Assembly: GCA_965263355.1 (NCBI GenBank)
Contig: CBDHHL010000056.1
Span: 1,184,001-1,248,000, forward strand
Direction: 5' to 3'
Length of the DNA stretch: 64,000 nt
Source of the DNA: Leptolyngbyaceae cyanobacterium
GTDB lineage: Bacteria; Cyanobacteriota; Cyanobacteriia; Phormidesmidales; Phormidesmidaceae
Notes under the pieces: model-generated
What the model saw: only the letters and a program-made list of their open reading frames with translations
Told to the model about the DNA's origin: nothing
The model's database searches: none
Translations under genes and position numbers: made by a program
Part shown: piece after piece, positions 31,486-41,019 of the stretch
Layout of the letters: every line of letters begins with the position of its first letter
Position numbering within the stretch: the first letter of the stretch is position 1

Positions 31486-32265
31486 TTATTCTACGGATGA
31501 ATCAGGCAATGCTAGATATTGCACAGGGAATTTATCGGCAGCTAGTGTCTCGAATCCGCCGTCCACCAGCAGTTGTTGCCATGCCGCCTGCACTACTCTA
31601 GACACCGAGTCTGTGGCCATCGATTCGCCCAATACATTAATTGCGTCGTACCACAAACCATTATCTCTGTAAGCATTGCTGAGAACTGGCGGTGAATCTG
31701 TTTCGGGAATGGGTTGCGTTAGGTTTGCATCAGCAATTCGCGCCACCCAAGCATTGACACGATAAGCATTTGTTTGCCCGACATCAGCTCTACCACCACA
31801 ATAGAGCTTGAACGTCCATAAAAAGGGTTCATTGAGCGGCAAAGCAAACTCTGTAGATGGCAGGGGAATACCGACAAACCCCTTTTGGAGCGTTGGAGCC
31901 ACAAATTCCCATTTAATCTCACTGTTGGTAACGGATTCAGTTTGAAAGCTGCTGATTTTCAACTGTATGCCTACATCCATGTCAGCTGTAATATCAAAGG
32001 GCATGTAGAGCCACAGAGTTGGTTGCTCTGCCAGGGTCAACCCACCAGAGTCGTAATTCCTGGGAGCTAAAGCTTTCATCGGCCTACCGCTATCTTCCTC
32101 TGGACAAGGCCCTCGGTGACCACCGCCATTGGGAGGAGGTGTCGTCGGTGGATAATGCTGATCAGGTAGGGAGGGCAATGCCTTACTAATTTGGACTGCT
32201 GGAGGCGCAAGTAACAGCATGGCAAGGCTTGACCAGGTTACAAAAAGCTTCATAGACAGATGCAT
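31486..32265 (-). CDS. DUF928 domain protein
   Basis: GGGHRGPC, TLAEQPTLWLYMP, NGLWYDA, AWQQLL. Confidence 0.88.
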   Translation of the reverse strand: MHLSMKLFVTWSSLAMLLLAPPAVQISKALPSLPDQHYPPTTPPPNGGGHRGPCPEEDSGRPMKALAPRNYDSGGLTLAEQPTLWLYMPFDITADMDVGIQLKISSFQTESVTNSEIKWEFVAPTLQKGFVGIPLPSTEFALPLNEPFLWTFKLYCGGRADVGQTNAYRVNAWVARIADANLTQPIPETDSPPVLSNAYRDNGLWYDAINVLGESMATDSVSRVVQAAWQQLLVDGGFETLAADKFPVQYLALPDSSVE

Positions 32266-32275
32266 TGCATATCCC

Positions 32276-34417
32276 TCAAATCAGTTTTTTGATAGATTTT
32301 GAATTCGTTGCGATCGCACTCATTCCACCTGCTCCTACTAGCGCTAAGACAAAAGGAACAGTGGGAAGCCACCATCCCTCCACAAATAGGATAAATGTCG
32401 TTCCTAAGCAGGCCACGAGCGTTAATGAATAAATTAATAACTTGGCCTGTTTGTGAAGGCTGAGAATCACGATACTACTGCCATAAAGGGCGATGCTCAA
32501 AATCAAGATGCCTTCGACTGATTGAGAGAGCGTTTGGAGGATGGGGCGATTGTCCAGCACCGCACTGATAAGCTGACTAGTCATGTGGGCATGGACAAAG
32601 ACACCAGGAATTTCGACATTGAAAGGTGTTCGCCAGGAATCTAGTCTACGGATACCTTCAGGATCAAGGCTATCGATGCGGTCCACACCAACCAGCACAA
32701 TGCGATCTCGGATATCGGTTGACTGAATATTTTTAGTTAGAACATCTTCCAGGGAAAAAGCAGATGCGATCGCTCTAGGTGTTCTTGTTGAACGATAGTT
32801 GAGGAGAATTTGTCCTACATCAGTCTCAAGATTTTGATAACCACTGGTACGACGGGTCAAATTCTTCAATACCAGTTCATCAAATGCCAAATATCCCTCT
32901 TCAGTAAATCGACCAGAGATATTGTCAGCTTCCAAATATTTACTGGCTAGCTGAAGACTCAACGCATAGGGGGTTTGGCAATCCCCTAATCCACCAAACC
33001 TTCCCAGGAGTAAATGGCGGCGAACTAATCTGTCCGTATCCGATAAAAAATTGGTAAATCCTACCCGTTCCATATCTGTATGTTTAAGCGGAGGGATTTC
33101 GTTTTCGCCTGCCTGACAAGCCGTAATCAGTTTCTCAGGTGATTGAAGCGTTTGGAGCATAGCTTCACTGTCTTCGGTCTCCATCCAATCTAGATAAATA
33201 TCTAATCCAATCGCTCTGGGCTGATAGGCACTGAGCGTATTAATCAGCTGTTCTAGGGCTCCGTCATAGGCGATTGACTGCTCCTCATTCCGACGCGAAA
33301 ATCCTTGTTTCTCTTGAAAGCGGAGGTCTGCATCGCTAATAGTTACCAAGACCAGTCTTTCATCTGGTGCTTCCAAAGGACGTAGCCTGAACAAAACATC
33401 ATAGGCACTGAGTTCTAATGGTTGTAAGGCACCGACAAAGCGTAAGCTTAGTAATACAGCAGATGTCAAAAGGCCACTTAAACCAGCAATGCGGAGTCGC
33501 TTTGATATCGGAATTGTGCTGGGTTGATAACAGTAATTGCTGATTCTCTGGAAAACGCTTAACTGTTCAGTTAGTGGCTTTTCCGACTGCTTAACCACTC
33601 GTTGAATTAGGGGTAACTGGTCGAGAATGACTTGCGTGTTCTGAGGACGTTGACTGGCAAAGGGAGCCATTAGCTCTTCAATAAAGGCCACTAACTCAGG
33701 TGGTAGCATTGAAGCAGAGTCTTGCCAAATAAGCTTGCCCAAGATGGAAGAAAATTCGGAAGGATTTTTCCCTGTTAATAAATAAACACAGGTACGTCCA
33801 AGTGCAAAGAAATCTGATTGGGCAACGGCCTGACCCTCCATTTGCTCCGTTGGAGTATAACCTTGGGATGCAATTCGAGTTCCAGTCAGATCGCCCAGAT
33901 GGTTTTGCAAATGGGTTGCCGCCGCCGCTTTGATACCACCGAAATCAATCAGCACTAAGGTGCCGTCTTCGTTCAACATAATGTTGGAGGGTTTGATATC
34001 ACGATGCAGAAAACCGTACTGATGCAAATAATGCAAAATCTGTGTGAGCTGTGTGAGCCAGGCCAAGGTTTTGAGGGGACTGACGGGTTGATAGTTCTGT
34101 GCCTTCATCCACTGGCTCAGCGTTACCCCTGGAATCTTTTCCATGACGTAGCCATGGATAGGATTGCTCTGATCATCTACATCACAGCAAAAGTAGCTAT
34201 TGTCATCCGCTTTGGGAATGCCAGGATGATCCAATTGGCTGAGAACTTGAGCTTCCCGCTGAAAAAGTTCAACGGCTTTGGGAAAGTCTTCTAACAGTAT
34301 TTTAAGCACCTTAGTTTGACCATTCACTAGAATTTCCCAGGTCTCACCAAAGCCGCCCTGACCTAACTGTCGGATCAGTTGGTATTGTCCATTGAGCTGT
34401 GATCCTGGTTTAAGCAT
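32276..34417 (-). CDS. Ser/Thr protein kinase with CHASE2 sensor domain
   Basis: LGQGGFG, HRDIKPSN, DFG; then TM, LQPLELSAYD..., D.DRLVRR, PGVFVHA and three TM helices. Confidence 0.93.
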   Translation of the reverse strand: MLKPGSQLNGQYQLIRQLGQGGFGETWEILVNGQTKVLKILLEDFPKAVELFQREAQVLSQLDHPGIPKADDNSYFCCDVDDQSNPIHGYVMEKIPGVTLSQWMKAQNYQPVSPLKTLAWLTQLTQILHYLHQYGFLHRDIKPSNIMLNEDGTLVLIDFGGIKAAAATHLQNHLGDLTGTRIASQGYTPTEQMEGQAVAQSDFFALGRTCVYLLTGKNPSEFSSILGKLIWQDSASMLPPELVAFIEELMAPFASQRPQNTQVILDQLPLIQRVVKQSEKPLTEQLSVFQRISNYCYQPSTIPISKRLRIAGLSGLLTSAVLLSLRFVGALQPLELSAYDVLFRLRPLEAPDERLVLVTISDADLRFQEKQGFSRRNEEQSIAYDGALEQLINTLSAYQPRAIGLDIYLDWMETEDSEAMLQTLQSPEKLITACQAGENEIPPLKHTDMERVGFTNFLSDTDRLVRRHLLLGRFGGLGDCQTPYALSLQLASKYLEADNISGRFTEEGYLAFDELVLKNLTRRTSGYQNLETDVGQILLNYRSTRTPRAIASAFSLEDVLTKNIQSTDIRDRIVLVGVDRIDSLDPEGIRRLDSWRTPFNVEIPGVFVHAHMTSQLISAVLDNRPILQTLSQSVEGILILSIALYGSSIVILSLHKQAKLLIYSLTLVACLGTTFILFVEGWWLPTVPFVLALVGAGGMSAIATNSKSIKKLI

Positions 34418-34495
34418 GGGAAAGTGTGGACAAAGAGAGAAAAAAAAGAAGGGGCGGTAGAGGGAGCAGAAGAAGACAGGTTAGATTCGAGTTGT

Positions 34496-35902
34496 TTATT
34501 TACTTGCATGGTATTTGACATACTTTTCAATAGTTGGTTGGAGCATAAATATTGTAGTATTCTCTCTCTTAGCATTTTCCAAGAGCGATCGCCTTCCCAG
34601 GGAATTAAGAACTGCCATCAACTCTGACCGGCGAATCTCAGATGTAATCCCCGTCAAAATTTCAGGCAAGGTTAATGGGTGGCCCTGATGTGCTAGACAA
34701 TTCATCACATCTTGCTCGATTTCCGAGAGGCGCTTGAATTGCTGATGTAGTAGATACTTAAAATCTCCCAAAAAGAGAGTGTTTTGATCCAGAAATTCAG
34801 CCACACTACCGCCAAATAGATCCTGAATAGTTGAGGCAATAATCCTCAGGGCTAGCGGATTACCGCCATAGGCCGTGACCAGTTCATGCCAACGATCTTC
34901 ATCCAATAACTGCTCATGGGTCAGAATTGCTTTGGCCTCATTACCCAGTCCCTCAACGCGATACGAACGAACTGGCATTGAAGGACCACTAATCCTGGAC
35001 GCCTCCCGCAGTTTTTCCCAACTGGTAAGGATGGTGCAGCTTTGGTGGGTTTCTTCCTCAATCCGCCGGAGTAGTTCGCCGTAACTTTCAAATCCTGCCT
35101 GATATTTACCCGATAATTCACCGATGCTGAGGATAGCCTGCACATCATCAAAGACCAGTAAGCAACGGTGTTCTTGAAGATAGCGAAGTAACTGAGAGAT
35201 GTAATCGGAAGGGGTTTGGAGGGACTGCCCCGCTGGTAGGTAGTTGAGGAAATCTAGAATATCCATCAGAAAGGGCTTCACTGCTGGCCGATTTCTCAAA
35301 GACCGCCAGATCAAGCACTCAAATTCATCTTTAATGGTGTGGGCCAGTTTTGCAGCTAGGGAAGTTTTACCGATGCCGCCTAAGCCGTAGAGTACAATGC
35401 TGCGGCATTTGTCAGTCAAGACCCATTGTTTGAGAAGGGTGATTTCGTGGGTGCGATCGTAAAAAATAGAGATGTCTGGTTGACTATCCCAACTTTCATG
35501 GGCTTTGAGTAATAGATTTGTCGAAACAACAGCTAGTGGTTGACGGTTTTCAATAACTTTAGCCTCTTCCTGAAAACGATACCCCGCTTGCTCCAGTAAA
35601 CGAGGGACCCAGCGCCAATTTTTTACCTGAGCCGTTTGATTAGCTTGTTCGATCAATTGGGTCTCTACTAAATTTTCAACATATCGATACACATGTCTAG
35701 AAAGGCATTGCCGCACAGTATCTGCACCTACGTGGCATTGCTCCGCAATTTTCCCTGGGCTGTAACCGCACAGCAATCCACGCAAATACTTTGCCTCAGT
35801 AGATGTCAGCTCATTGCCCTTAGCAACACCTAAATCTTTATAGAGCTGATCTAATCGCCAACTCTGAGCTGCTTTAGCAAAGTTTTCACAAGGATCTGAC
35901 AT
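34496..35902 (-). CDS. NB-ARC (STAND) protein with N-terminal HTH, no C-terminal repeats
   Basis: LRGLLCGYSP..IA HTH; GLGGIGKT; WRSLRN; LLVFDD; GNPLAL. Confidence 0.9.
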   Translation of the reverse strand: MSDPCENFAKAAQSWRLDQLYKDLGVAKGNELTSTEAKYLRGLLCGYSPGKIAEQCHVGADTVRQCLSRHVYRYVENLVETQLIEQANQTAQVKNWRWVPRLLEQAGYRFQEEAKVIENRQPLAVVSTNLLLKAHESWDSQPDISIFYDRTHEITLLKQWVLTDKCRSIVLYGLGGIGKTSLAAKLAHTIKDEFECLIWRSLRNRPAVKPFLMDILDFLNYLPAGQSLQTPSDYISQLLRYLQEHRCLLVFDDVQAILSIGELSGKYQAGFESYGELLRRIEEETHQSCTILTSWEKLREASRISGPSMPVRSYRVEGLGNEAKAILTHEQLLDEDRWHELVTAYGGNPLALRIIASTIQDLFGGSVAEFLDQNTLFLGDFKYLLHQQFKRLSEIEQDVMNCLAHQGHPLTLPEILTGITSEIRRSELMAVLNSLGRRSLLENAKRENTTIFMLQPTIEKYVKYHASK

Positions 35903-36089
35903 ACTTCAATCCATTACTAAGGCTCTCCGAAGTAATAGTAGTGTAGTCTTTATGGGCTTCCAACCCATGGCTACTCCATAAAAATCCTCCATGCTTACTC
36001 CATGGAATTTGCCGCAGTATGAGGCGACCTATCAATTGATTTTGAATATTCTGAGGTCAGGCTGATGAATTCATTTAAGGATCTTGGAT

Positions 36090-36608
36090 ATGAAAATCCC
36101 AAAATACTTTGATTTAGTTTCAGGTATAGTTTTTGTTGCATTAGTGGGGGCAAGTAAGCCTGCAAGCGCCCAAAATACTGACTACTTACGGGTTACATTT
36201 AATTCAATTGACGTGCATACACTTTTAGAGCCAGACCGTCCCGGTAAAAGGTCAGCCGAGCTTTATGCAAAGGTTAGATTCCCTCAGCATGATTGGCTTC
36301 GCTCAAGTCGTGAGAATGGGAATGCAATACGACCAGGCTGGAGATTTAGTCGAAATGTACAAGTTTCCAATCACCATTCAATTGATATTGAAGTATGGGA
36401 CCACGATAGAAGAGGAAGCGACGATAGAGGTCTTAATATCTCAGTTATCGACCTCAATATTTCAAACTGTTCCTATAGCACTGCTGTGAATGAATTGTCA
36501 GGCAAAGTTATTTATTATGGTCAACCCACCAACAATGGTGGTTGTTTGATCCGTGAACAATTTCGTGGAAGCCATGTGACAGCTGACGTCACTATTGAAG
36601 CCTATTAA
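36090..36608 (+). CDS. Secreted protein with C2-like acidic beta domain
   Basis: Signal peptide (ASA/Q); IEVWDHDRRGSDD; AAGGA upstream of ATG 36090. Confidence 0.65.
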   Translation: MKIPKYFDLVSGIVFVALVGASKPASAQNTDYLRVTFNSIDVHTLLEPDRPGKRSAELYAKVRFPQHDWLRSSRENGNAIRPGWRFSRNVQVSNHHSIDIEVWDHDRRGSDDRGLNISVIDLNISNCSYSTAVNELSGKVIYYGQPTNNGGCLIREQFRGSHVTADVTIEAY

Positions 36609-37167
36609 GCTTATTGACATAGAAAATTTTTAGGAATGGCTCACTCATGTTTAGCATACAACAACTATGTGGCCATTTCCTGTGCTCAACCATAGTGTAA
36701 AATACAAACGATCAGTACATATTTGCAGGAAGTTTTTGAGAGTAACACAACAATTTACTTATAGTGACAATAAGTAAATATCTCTGAGACTAAGTTTCTG
36801 AACTCTCAAGCTGTATAACTATGCCAGACTAAGTAGTGGCCATTTGCAACACTCAAAAAAATGAGAATCGAGAGAAAGCATTGGCTTTTCATTTGCATAG
36901 AAGACTATGTATAGCCCAACAGCTACTAGGCAAAAAACACTGAAATTTATCGGAATAACCTGGAAGAAGAATATCTTTCCATTACAACTGAATATCGAGA
37001 TTTAAAGTCCTATGGATATAGGAGAATTCTCCATAATGATCCAAGGTTTTGTTTATCCAGTCGATAAGTGATAGCCACCAAAGTATCAAGTTGCCGTTGT
37101 CGACTCAAATCTCACAGCGTTCTAAATCAACAGAAAAATCAGCTTCTAAAAACATGGAGGACTTCTC

Positions 37168-37743
37168 GTGAAAATCAAAAATGTTCTGATGGGAGCATTA
37201 TTTAGCTCTCTCCTAGTTTGCCCACCAGCTTTAGCCAAATTCTATTTAGAGAATCAAACTAACACTTCTCTACAAATAGGGTTTGTCACCCTCAGAGGTG
37301 AGCAAATTCGTGGTGATGGATGGTATACGCTTCGACCAGGCGAAGATAGGACTATTGAGGGTAATGACTATCGTGAAAACAAGCGTTATTTCTTAGTTGT
37401 CAAAGATCAATCTTCTGGCAAATATCTACGATTTGGATATGGAAATTTATGTGGTGATCATTGTCTTGCTGAATACGCCGACTCAGATGTGTATATCCCA
37501 CGCAGAGATTTCGACATTGGTTTTAACAACTCATATGTTGCAAATCAATTAAGAAGTGGTTATTGGTCTGCTTTTCAGGAATATGTCTCTAATACAGTTC
37601 GATATTCCGGCGTTTATATTCAGCCCAGCATTAATTGTTACGACAGTAGCAAGCTTTATATCACGGGGATTAGTGGAAACACAGCGAGTCTTAATATGAG
37701 GGTTTGGGATCGTGCAAGTCGTATTTGGGCTTGTGGGAATTAG
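37168..37743 (+). CDS. Secreted DUF1036-like protein
   Basis: GGAGG RBS, signal peptide (ALA/K), GWYTLRPGE motif. Confidence 0.65.
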   Translation: MKIKNVLMGALFSSLLVCPPALAKFYLENQTNTSLQIGFVTLRGEQIRGDGWYTLRPGEDRTIEGNDYRENKRYFLVVKDQSSGKYLRFGYGNLCGDHCLAEYADSDVYIPRRDFDIGFNNSYVANQLRSGYWSAFQEYVSNTVRYSGVYIQPSINCYDSSKLYITGISGNTASLNMRVWDRASRIWACGN

Positions 37744-37828
37744 GTGGATTTAGTCGTATTCCCTACTGAGTTTGGTTGAAGTTGGAAAGTGTATTGTTTT
37801 CTCAAAAAGCAATTAGGAGATTTTTGAA

Positions 37829-40327
37829 ATGACCAAGGTAGAAGCTTCCGGAATAAATCATATTGACAGCCTACTCTACTTGTCTAAATGGGGTGGCCCT
37901 AGAGGTGAAAGTGCATTAATTACTTACAGTTTTCAGAATAATCATGATGAAAGGTTTATTCCACTATCCGAAAGGCAAAGAACAAAAGTTAGAGAGGTTC
38001 TCAATGTTTGGGAAAAAGTGACAAACCTCTATTTTGTTGAAGATTTTACCGGACAAGGAGCTTTAATTATTAGAGGTGATGAAGGCTTTGGAGGAAGCGG
38101 TGGTTTTAATGGTCCTCATACTCGTGGACACGTACATTTGGGTGTTGATCTATTAGGGAATGGAGACTTCTCAGAAGGATCTACCGCTTATTGGGTTATC
38201 TTGCACGAAGTCGGTCACGTCTTAGGACTAAAACATCCAGGTAACTATAATGCTCCCTGTGACGGTCGAGTCACTGGAGAGTTATGTAATCCTGCCCCAT
38301 ATTTACCCTCCGATCAAGACAATCGTCGATACTCAATAATGTCATATGATGCTCATCCGACTGTAAGAGCCGAACCTTCTACACCCATGCTGTATGATAT
38401 TGCAGCTATTCAATATCTATATGGTGCAAAAGGTTTTGCAATTGGAAACAACAGATACTCTTGGAATCCAAATAAGGCATTTGTGAAAACCATCTGGGAT
38501 ACGGGAGGATATGACACTATTTCTGCTGGGAATCAAACCTTACCAGTCAAAATCAATTTAAATCCTGGAACTTTTAGTTCTATTGGTCCTCGCTCGGATG
38601 GAGCAGATATTTCAGCAGTCGATAATTTAGCTATTGCTTTCAACACTGTTGAATATCAAGTTTTGATTGAAAAGGCGGTGGGTGGCTCTAACGATGACGA
38701 AATTATTGGTAACAGTATCAATAATGAAATTCTGGGAGGTTTAGGTAATGACTTTGTTGATTCAAGCTTAGGAAATGATCGTGTGTATGGTGAAAACGGA
38801 GACGATATTCTTTTAGCTGGCGGTGGTAATGACTTTGTCAGAGGTGGAAATGGTAATGATCAACTTTTTGGTGAATATGATTTCCGTTTTACGGGTACTC
38901 CAGATCCTAATTTTGGTCATGACACCATTTATGGTGAAGATGGTAATGACTATATTGACGGTGGCCGAGGAAACGATACTCTTTGGGGTGGTGAACAGAA
39001 TGACACCATCAATGGTCGGGCCGAGAACGATGCTATCTATGGCGAAGGTGGACACGACACTATTTATGGTGAAGATGGCAATGACCTACTCTTCGGTGAA
39101 GAGGACTATAACGTTACTGGAGTGCCGAATCCGCACTTTGGTAATGACCTCATTCTAGGTGGTAATGGGGATGATTACATTGACGGTGGCCGAGGAAACG
39201 ATACTCTTTGGGGCGGTGAACAGAATGACACTATCAATGGTCGGGCCGAGAACGATATCATCTATGGCGAAGGTGGTCACGATACTATCTTTGGCGAAGA
39301 TGGAAATGACCTGCTCTTTGGTGAAGAAGATTATAACGTTACTGGAGTGCCAAATCCGCACTTTGGCAATGACCTCATCTTAGGTGGCAATGGAGATGAT
39401 TATATTGACGGTGGCCGAGGTGACGATACCCTTTGGGGCGGTGAGCAAAATGACACTATCTTTGGCCGGGCTGATAATGATGCCATTTATGGTGAAGATG
39501 GAAACGATACTCTCTTTGGTGAAGATGGAAACGACGTCATTGATGCTGGGAATGGCAATGATTTCGCTGATGGTGGCAATCACGATGACTTTATCGACGG
39601 AGGCGACGGCGACGACTCACTCTATGGAGCCTCAGGCAACGACACCATTCAGGGCTCGACAGGGTACGATCTCCTCAGAGGCGGAGATGGTAATGATCAG
39701 CTCGACGGTGGGTATGGTAATGACAACCTTGATGGTGAATCAGGAAACGATGAACTCCACGGTGGTGCAGATGATGACACAATTCAGGGTGGTCTAGGGC
39801 AAGATACTCTTGATGGTGAAGATGGCAATGACTATCTTCGAGGTGGACAAGACCATGATCGCCTAGATGGTGGCAACGACAGCGACAGATTGTATGGTGA
39901 CGAAGGGAATGATACGCTCTTTGGAGGCTCGGGAAATGACAAGCTCTTTGGCGGTATCGGCAATGACTTATTAGTCGGTGAAACCGGCAACGATATCTTA
40001 ATTGGTGGTGCAGGAGCTGATCAATTCAAATTCAATGCTCTAAATGAAGGCGTTGATCTCATTAAAGACTTCTCTGCAACCGATGGCGATCGCATCGTAC
40101 TATCTAGCAGTGGATTTGGCAGTGACCTATCCCTTGGAAAATTGAACACAGAGGACTTTATCTTGGGCACAGCTGCCAAACGAGAAAGCGATCGCCTCAT
40201 CTATGATTCGGCGACGGGTGTACTCTACTTCGATACTGATGGGACAGGGTCTCTGCAACAGACTCAAGTTGCTCAGTTCGCAAACCGACCCGATCTTAAC
40301 CCGTCTGACATTTGGATAGTTGCTTGA
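37829..40327 (+). CDS. Serralysin-like M10 metalloprotease with RTX calcium-binding repeats
   Basis: HEVGHVLGLKH zinc motif, SIMSY Met-turn, DIAAIQYLYG, many GGxGxD nonapeptides. Confidence 0.93.
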   Translation: MTKVEASGINHIDSLLYLSKWGGPRGESALITYSFQNNHDERFIPLSERQRTKVREVLNVWEKVTNLYFVEDFTGQGALIIRGDEGFGGSGGFNGPHTRGHVHLGVDLLGNGDFSEGSTAYWVILHEVGHVLGLKHPGNYNAPCDGRVTGELCNPAPYLPSDQDNRRYSIMSYDAHPTVRAEPSTPMLYDIAAIQYLYGAKGFAIGNNRYSWNPNKAFVKTIWDTGGYDTISAGNQTLPVKINLNPGTFSSIGPRSDGADISAVDNLAIAFNTVEYQVLIEKAVGGSNDDEIIGNSINNEILGGLGNDFVDSSLGNDRVYGENGDDILLAGGGNDFVRGGNGNDQLFGEYDFRFTGTPDPNFGHDTIYGEDGNDYIDGGRGNDTLWGGEQNDTINGRAENDAIYGEGGHDTIYGEDGNDLLFGEEDYNVTGVPNPHFGNDLILGGNGDDYIDGGRGNDTLWGGEQNDTINGRAENDIIYGEGGHDTIFGEDGNDLLFGEEDYNVTGVPNPHFGNDLILGGNGDDYIDGGRGDDTLWGGEQNDTIFGRADNDAIYGEDGNDTLFGEDGNDVIDAGNGNDFADGGNHDDFIDGGDGDDSLYGASGNDTIQGSTGYDLLRGGDGNDQLDGGYGNDNLDGESGNDELHGGADDDTIQGGLGQDTLDGEDGNDYLRGGQDHDRLDGGNDSDRLYGDEGNDTLFGGSGNDKLFGGIGNDLLVGETGNDILIGGAGADQFKFNALNEGVDLIKDFSATDGDRIVLSSSGFGSDLSLGKLNTEDFILGTAAKRESDRLIYDSATGVLYFDTDGTGSLQQTQVAQFANRPDLNPSDIWIVA
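38867..39541 (+). repeat. Three tandem 225-bp (75-aa) units within the RTX region
   Basis: Units begin FGE(Y/E)D at 38867, 39092 and 39317. Confidence 0.85.
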
Positions 40328-40384
40328 CTTAGTAACGTATTAGATATGAAAGGCCCTGAAATCCTTCCTTAAGAACCCAAATAG

Positions 40385-40428
40385 GTTGAGGCGATCGCTT
40401 TCTGAGTCAATAGAACGATCGCCTCAAC
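40385..40428. terminator. HIP1-containing hairpin after the protease gene
   Basis: GTTGAGGCGATCG...CGATCGCCTCAAC. Confidence 0.6.
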
Positions 40429-40507
40429 TTTAAGTGCGCTCGCTTATTATTAAGGACCTAATGTCTATATAGCTATACAAACTAGAACTTCAGCGAAGCT
40501 CTAGAGT

Positions 40508-40977
40508 CGCTATGCCGATAGAGCAGCTGAGTAATGCTCAGCTCATCTACCACTCGACGAATTCTTTATGAAAGGTTAGTACAAAAATAGGCCTACACGC
40601 ATTTCAGGAAGTTCTGAGTCAAAAAAATCTTAAAACCTTTGCTATACAATACTCGGCTCATCTACTACTCGACGATTTTTTCCCGAAAGATGGCCAAAAA
40701 ATTAGTACAAGAATGGCTCCATGTGGCTTTCAAATAGGTCTGAGTCGAAAAATGCTTAAAACCTCTGCTGTACATAGCGTTTAGCTTTGGAAAAAGCTAA
40801 ACGTCTCAGCCCCACTTGCTATGCTAACGGAGCAGCTAATTAACGGTCAGCTCATCTAGGTCTTGACAACAATTTGTACGAAAAATGCCGCGAAAAATTA
40901 GCACAAAAATCAGTACAATACTTTTTAGGTGTTACAAAAGCTTTGCCAGGCAATGAATTTAGCTTTTGAGTATTTCT
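40508..40977 (+). repeat. Three diverged stacked copies of an element right-end sequence
   Basis: TCRGCTCATCTA...TTAGYACAA...AAAASCTYTGC order repeated near 40538, 40653 and 40847. Confidence 0.75.
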
Positions 40978-41019
40978 TTTGTAATCAGCCGGTCGTCCGT
41001 TCGAGTCGGAGCACCAGCT
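40978..41019 (+). repeat. att site: duplicate of tRNA-Thr 3' half
   Basis: TTTGTAATCAGCCGGTCGTCCGTTCGAGTCGGAGCACCAGCT, 41/42 identical to 26152-26193. Confidence 0.95.

Larger units (their letters stand above)
26152..41019. mobile_element. Genomic island 1 integrated at tRNA-Thr (no integrase inside)
   Basis: Bounded by 42-bp direct repeats of the tRNA 3' half (one mismatch); AWTYAGYACA arm-like repeats near both ends. Confidence 0.88.

Noticed and set aside
40508..40977. CRISPR array or leader
   Set aside because: Units are long and diverged with no constant repeat/spacer period, and no cas genes are present.
40978..41019. Second and third tRNA genes (also 63004-63050)
   Set aside because: Both lack the 5' acceptor strand and D arm; they are att duplications.
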